A stretch of 29,297 bases of DNA, taken from positions 1 to 29,297 of the forward strand of contig JBNKNM010000052.1 of assembly GCA_050293845.1 (NCBI GenBank), read 5' to 3'. The translations under genes were made by a program, and so were the position numbers. Below, piece after piece: positions 26,362-29,297 of the stretch (positions are counted from its first letter, which is position 1; each line of letters starts with the position of its first letter). Source of the DNA: Pseudobacteriovorax sp. Lineage in GTDB: Bacteria; Bdellovibrionota_B; Oligoflexia; Oligoflexales; Oligoflexaceae. The notes under the pieces are model-generated. The model saw only the letters and a program-made list of their open reading frames with translations. It ran no database searches and was not told the origin of the DNA.

Positions 26362-27291
26362 TTATGGTATAGATTTTAGAGTAGGAATCAGGTCGTCACC
26401 ATCGGTGCAAAAAAGCTTAGCACTGCCGCGCGGCAAGGTTCTGCGCGCAAGACCAAAAAGAACTTTATTAGGTCCGACTTCTACGTAACATTCCATGTCC
26501 TGTTGGGAGCAATTTTCAATGGTCTGGGTCCACCGCACAGGATGGTCAATTTGATCTAGAAGAAGACCAAGTTGGTAGTCTTCGATTGACCCCGTTAGAT
26601 TAGCATATATTTTCTTCGAAGATTTATTGAACCGAGTTTCTTTCAAGTAAGAAGCCATCTGCTCTCTGGCAGGCTTCATGAGAGAGGAGTGAAACGGCGC
26701 GCTCACAGGCAGCAACACACAGCGCTTTTTCTGCTCGGTGAGGGTTGTAACTAGGGATTCGACCGTTTCTTTATGGCCTGCTACCACCAGCTGCTGCGGG
26801 CTATTGAAGTTGGCTATCTCAACACGACCCCCCGTGCTTTTCGAAATATCAAAGCACAGCTTTTCCAGTTCATCGGCTGGCGTTTGCATAACCGCAGCCA
26901 TAGCGCCAACACCTTGCGGAACTGCTTCCTGCATAAACTCGCCACGCTTACGAACTAAAGTGACAGCAACATCCAAGGAGAGAACTTCTGCAGCCACAAG
27001 AGCTGAATACTCTCCCAGGCTATGACCCGCAAAATACTCAGGATCAAAGCCAATCTCTTCCTTCAATACCGCCCACGTAGCTAAACTGACTGTTAGAATA
27101 CATGGTTGCGTATTAGCTGTAAGCTTTAGCTCATCCTCGGGTCCATCATAGCAAAGCTTCTTGATATTAAGCTTTAGGGCATCTTCAGCTTCTTCAAATA
27201 CCCGAGCTGCATAGGGAAACTGCTCAACAAGCAATTTTCCCATACCTACATACTGGCTGCCTTGCCCAGGAAACATCGCTAATGTATTCAA
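26362..27291 (-). CDS. fabD: Malonyl-CoA:ACP transacylase
   Basis: FPGQGSQ, TANTQP, GHSLGEYSAL, ANFNSPQQLVVAG, VSAPFHS and EVGP. Confidence 0.96.
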   Translation of the reverse strand: MNTLAMFPGQGSQYVGMGKLLVEQFPYAARVFEEAEDALKLNIKKLCYDGPEDELKLTANTQPCILTVSLATWAVLKEEIGFDPEYFAGHSLGEYSALVAAEVLSLDVAVTLVRKRGEFMQEAVPQGVGAMAAVMQTPADELEKLCFDISKSTGGRVEIANFNSPQQLVVAGHKETVESLVTTLTEQKKRCVLLPVSAPFHSSLMKPAREQMASYLKETRFNKSSKKIYANLTGSIEDYQLGLLLDQIDHPVRWTQTIENCSQQDMECYVEVGPNKVLFGLARRTLPRGSAKLFCTDGDDLIPTLKSIP

Positions 27292-27294
27292 GGT

Positions 27295-27513
27295 TTAAGC
27301 CTCTGCTGATTCAAAGGAAGAATCGATTCCTAAATTAGCCTTTGGTTCAATCACTTGCTTCCCTCTATAGTGTCCACAAGCTTCGCAGACACTATGGGGA
27401 AATTTAGCAGTATTACAATTTGGACAAATCGACATACCAACAGCCTTAAGGGCATGATGGGCACGACGTGTTCTATTTTTTGATTTCGATGTACGCTTCT
27501 TAGGTACTGGCAT
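27295..27513 (-). CDS. rpmF: 50S ribosomal protein L32 (zinc-ribbon form) with C-terminal extension
   Basis: MPVPKKRTSKSKNRTRRAH and CPNC...PHSVCEACGHYRG. AGGAG RBS. Confidence 0.96.
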   Translation of the reverse strand: MPVPKKRTSKSKNRTRRAHHALKAVGMSICPNCNTAKFPHSVCEACGHYRGKQVIEPKANLGIDSSFESAEA

Positions 27514-27705
27514 TCTGAATAACTCCTATCCACCGGCAAATTAGCCACAAATTGGAACCTACCCTATTACATGCTGTAGGTATTACCGTCAAGGGAGGAA
27601 ATAGACCAAAGTATTCTTTTTAAGCCCATTTGGCACCAAAATGTTTTTCTTTGCAAAGGGTATCAAAAGACTAGGAATACTTAGTTATAGATGAATCAAT
27701 ACAGC

Positions 27706-29091
27706 TTATCTAACATCCTGTAGTAATATCACAAGGGTACTACCTTCCAACTTACTGCTTCCGGTTATTGTTACATTTCCGGGGTTCGATTTCAAAGCTT
27801 CATAATAAGCCCCTTTAAAAAACACAGCTTCCAAAACATTTCCTGCTGGGTCTTTAAACTTCAGCCGACACTTCAAAGGACATTTTTCCAAATCCTCGGG
27901 GGTATATTGCAAGGAACTGATGGTTACAACACCGCCTATTTTATCTAAAACAGCAGCAATGGTTCCTCGTTTACTTCCTGGACTAGCTTTACTTTTACTG
28001 CTAGGTAACGCTGGAGCCACAGGTCGTGGTTCCGGGGGGGTAGGAGTCAATGACGAGCTACTCGTCGGTACTGATAAAGGCCTAGCCGGTGGTCTAGAGG
28101 TAGCCTTCCTCGAACTAGACTTTGGTCGGGATGTTTTTTTGCGGATGTTACGAATTTTCGGGCGCGGAGAAGGCTTGGGGGCTGGTTTCAGTGCCCGTCC
28201 AGGTGGCTTAGCCGTGCTCTTGTCGACTTTCTTTAGTTCTTGCTTACTGGATAATGCTGGAGCTGCTTTTTTGGCTGTACGCCGCTTCCCTTGGTCAGAG
28301 TAATTGATATCGCCCGACAGCAAGAGGTAGGCGACGACAGCCGCTATCGTCCCAATAACTGCGCCCCAAGCGAGGGGAACTGGGAATTTTTTCTGGGCCA
28401 TGCGCTTGCTTTTCATATTCTGATACAGTTCGTTGAGGACCTTACTGGAAGGATTCCCAGCCTTTGCCGCTGCAGCTTGGTCGGCTAGGGCTTTGATGCG
28501 CTTGTCAGAGTAATTAGCGATAAATTGGCGTACTGATACTAGTTTCGTCCCATCGACCTTTTGTACTTTCACCGAATTTGCAATGATACCCCGCTGGAAA
28601 AGTGACTGTATCTCTGTAGCACTGATAGGTCCAAGAACCCTCTTTTTATCGTCGATCAAGAAAAACTTCTTCACCTTGATCTTGTCGGTCCCACCAGGTA
28701 TTTTTCTGCTGTCTCCCTTAGAGCTACGATTAAAACTGCTAGAGCCCAATTTTGAGTCTTCTGGGAATGCTGGCACTTCAGGAAACTGACGAGTTTTATG
28801 AGCTTCGGGAGGTGGGTGATCTAAGTTGATAATTTTCGAGGGAATTTCGGAAGTTGGAGCCTGGCTGGGGGGAGTTTCTTTGACGTTAGTACCAGCTTCT
28901 TCGTTGAAAATTTCATCGACTTCGACTAGCTCTGATTTTATGGTAGAGCCTTCAGCGCTCACCATATCAAAGGGGTCAATTACACCCTCCCGAAGAGCTT
29001 GACGAATCTGCTTTGCCGTCATAGCTCCTAAGCTTTTACCGTCTTTAAAAACTTCCCACTTCTTCACAAGTAGCACTCTGAAATTTTTCAC
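27706..29091 (-). CDS. Bitopic membrane protein: two GYF_2 (DUF4339)-like domains, TM helix, Pro/Ser/Lys-rich linker, C-terminal OB-like domain
   Basis: WEVFKDGKSLGAMTAKQIRQALREGVI and FFLIDDKKRVLGPISATEIQSLFQRGII, TM LAWGAVIGTIAAVVAYLLL, and a beta-rich C-terminus with CPLKC. Exact start uncertain. Confidence 0.7.
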   Translation of the reverse strand: MKNFRVLLVKKWEVFKDGKSLGAMTAKQIRQALREGVIDPFDMVSAEGSTIKSELVEVDEIFNEEAGTNVKETPPSQAPTSEIPSKIINLDHPPPEAHKTRQFPEVPAFPEDSKLGSSSFNRSSKGDSRKIPGGTDKIKVKKFFLIDDKKRVLGPISATEIQSLFQRGIIANSVKVQKVDGTKLVSVRQFIANYSDKRIKALADQAAAAKAGNPSSKVLNELYQNMKSKRMAQKKFPVPLAWGAVIGTIAAVVAYLLLSGDINYSDQGKRRTAKKAAPALSSKQELKKVDKSTAKPPGRALKPAPKPSPRPKIRNIRKKTSRPKSSSRKATSRPPARPLSVPTSSSSLTPTPPEPRPVAPALPSSKSKASPGSKRGTIAAVLDKIGGVVTISSLQYTPEDLEKCPLKCRLKFKDPAGNVLEAVFFKGAYYEALKSNPGNVTITGSSKLEGSTLVILLQDVR

Positions 29092-29220
29092 TATTTTTGG
29101 TTCTCGTCTAAATAGCCATCGGTAATTTCACTTGAAAGTTCAGGCCAAGTTAGCAATTCATTGAAATAATTGAAGAAAAATAATGTATGGGCATAAAAGA
29201 GATATTTTGACACCCAGCTA

Positions 29221-29249
29221 TTGCTTGCAATTAAACTTAAGTCTATAAC
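29221..29249 (+). promoter_or_regulatory. Sigma70-like promoter for the gene starting at 29279
   Basis: TTGCTT (29221-29226), a 17-nt spacer, then TATAAC (29244-29249). Confidence 0.5.
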
Positions 29250-29278
29250 GTCAGTTCTGAAAAGAAGGAGTATCTTCC

Positions 29279-29297
29279 ATGAAAATATGCGTAAGCC
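29279..29297 (+). CDS. 5' end of a gene truncated by the window edge (MKICVS...)
   Basis: AAGGAG at 29265-29270 followed by ATG at 29279. Confidence 0.5.

Noticed and set aside
8327..28789. Numerous 60-135 aa antisense or nested ORFs in the track (e.g. 8327, 10065, 14868, 19326, 21428, 26738, 27920)
   Set aside because: Shadow frames of well-supported genes, without their own motifs.
1..29297. CRISPR array, tRNA/rRNA, prophage or canonical anti-phage defence operon
   Set aside because: No regularly spaced direct repeats, cloverleaf or rRNA signatures, or phage/defence hallmark proteins were seen.

Overview
A gene-dense bacterial chromosomal window of roughly 40% GC by eye, using the standard genetic code. 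The gene content (CPAF-like S41 protease, GYF_2-domain membrane protein, NrfJ-like protein, many lipoproteins and peptidases) suggests Bdellovibrionota/Oligoflexia, which is inference only. Recognisable genes are a Bcr/CflA MFS pump, an EEP nuclease lipoprotein, ackA, a GyrI-like protein, a SPASM-first radical SAM enzyme, ptrB, an S41 peptidase, a hotdog thioesterase, an rrf2-sufBCD-sufU-nfu operon lacking sufS, a MATE pump, a FadF-like Fe-S oxidoreductase, an M16 peptidase pair and rpmF-fabD. Four observations stand out. (1) A 387-aa protein built from six zinc fingers with exact Kruppel spacing but C-x2-C-x12-C-x3-[HC] ligands, encoded between two protease genes. (2) A secreted toxin-like ORF split by one in-frame TGA and followed by a small membrane ORF. 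(3) The end of an IS200/IS605 (IscB-type) element abutting the ATGA start of the efflux gene and providing its Shine-Dalgarno sequence. (4) Small RBS-led ORFs below the ORF-track cutoff and two MITE-like inverted-repeat elements. I saw no rRNA, tRNA or CRISPR array. All family assignments are from motif recognition; no database search was run.
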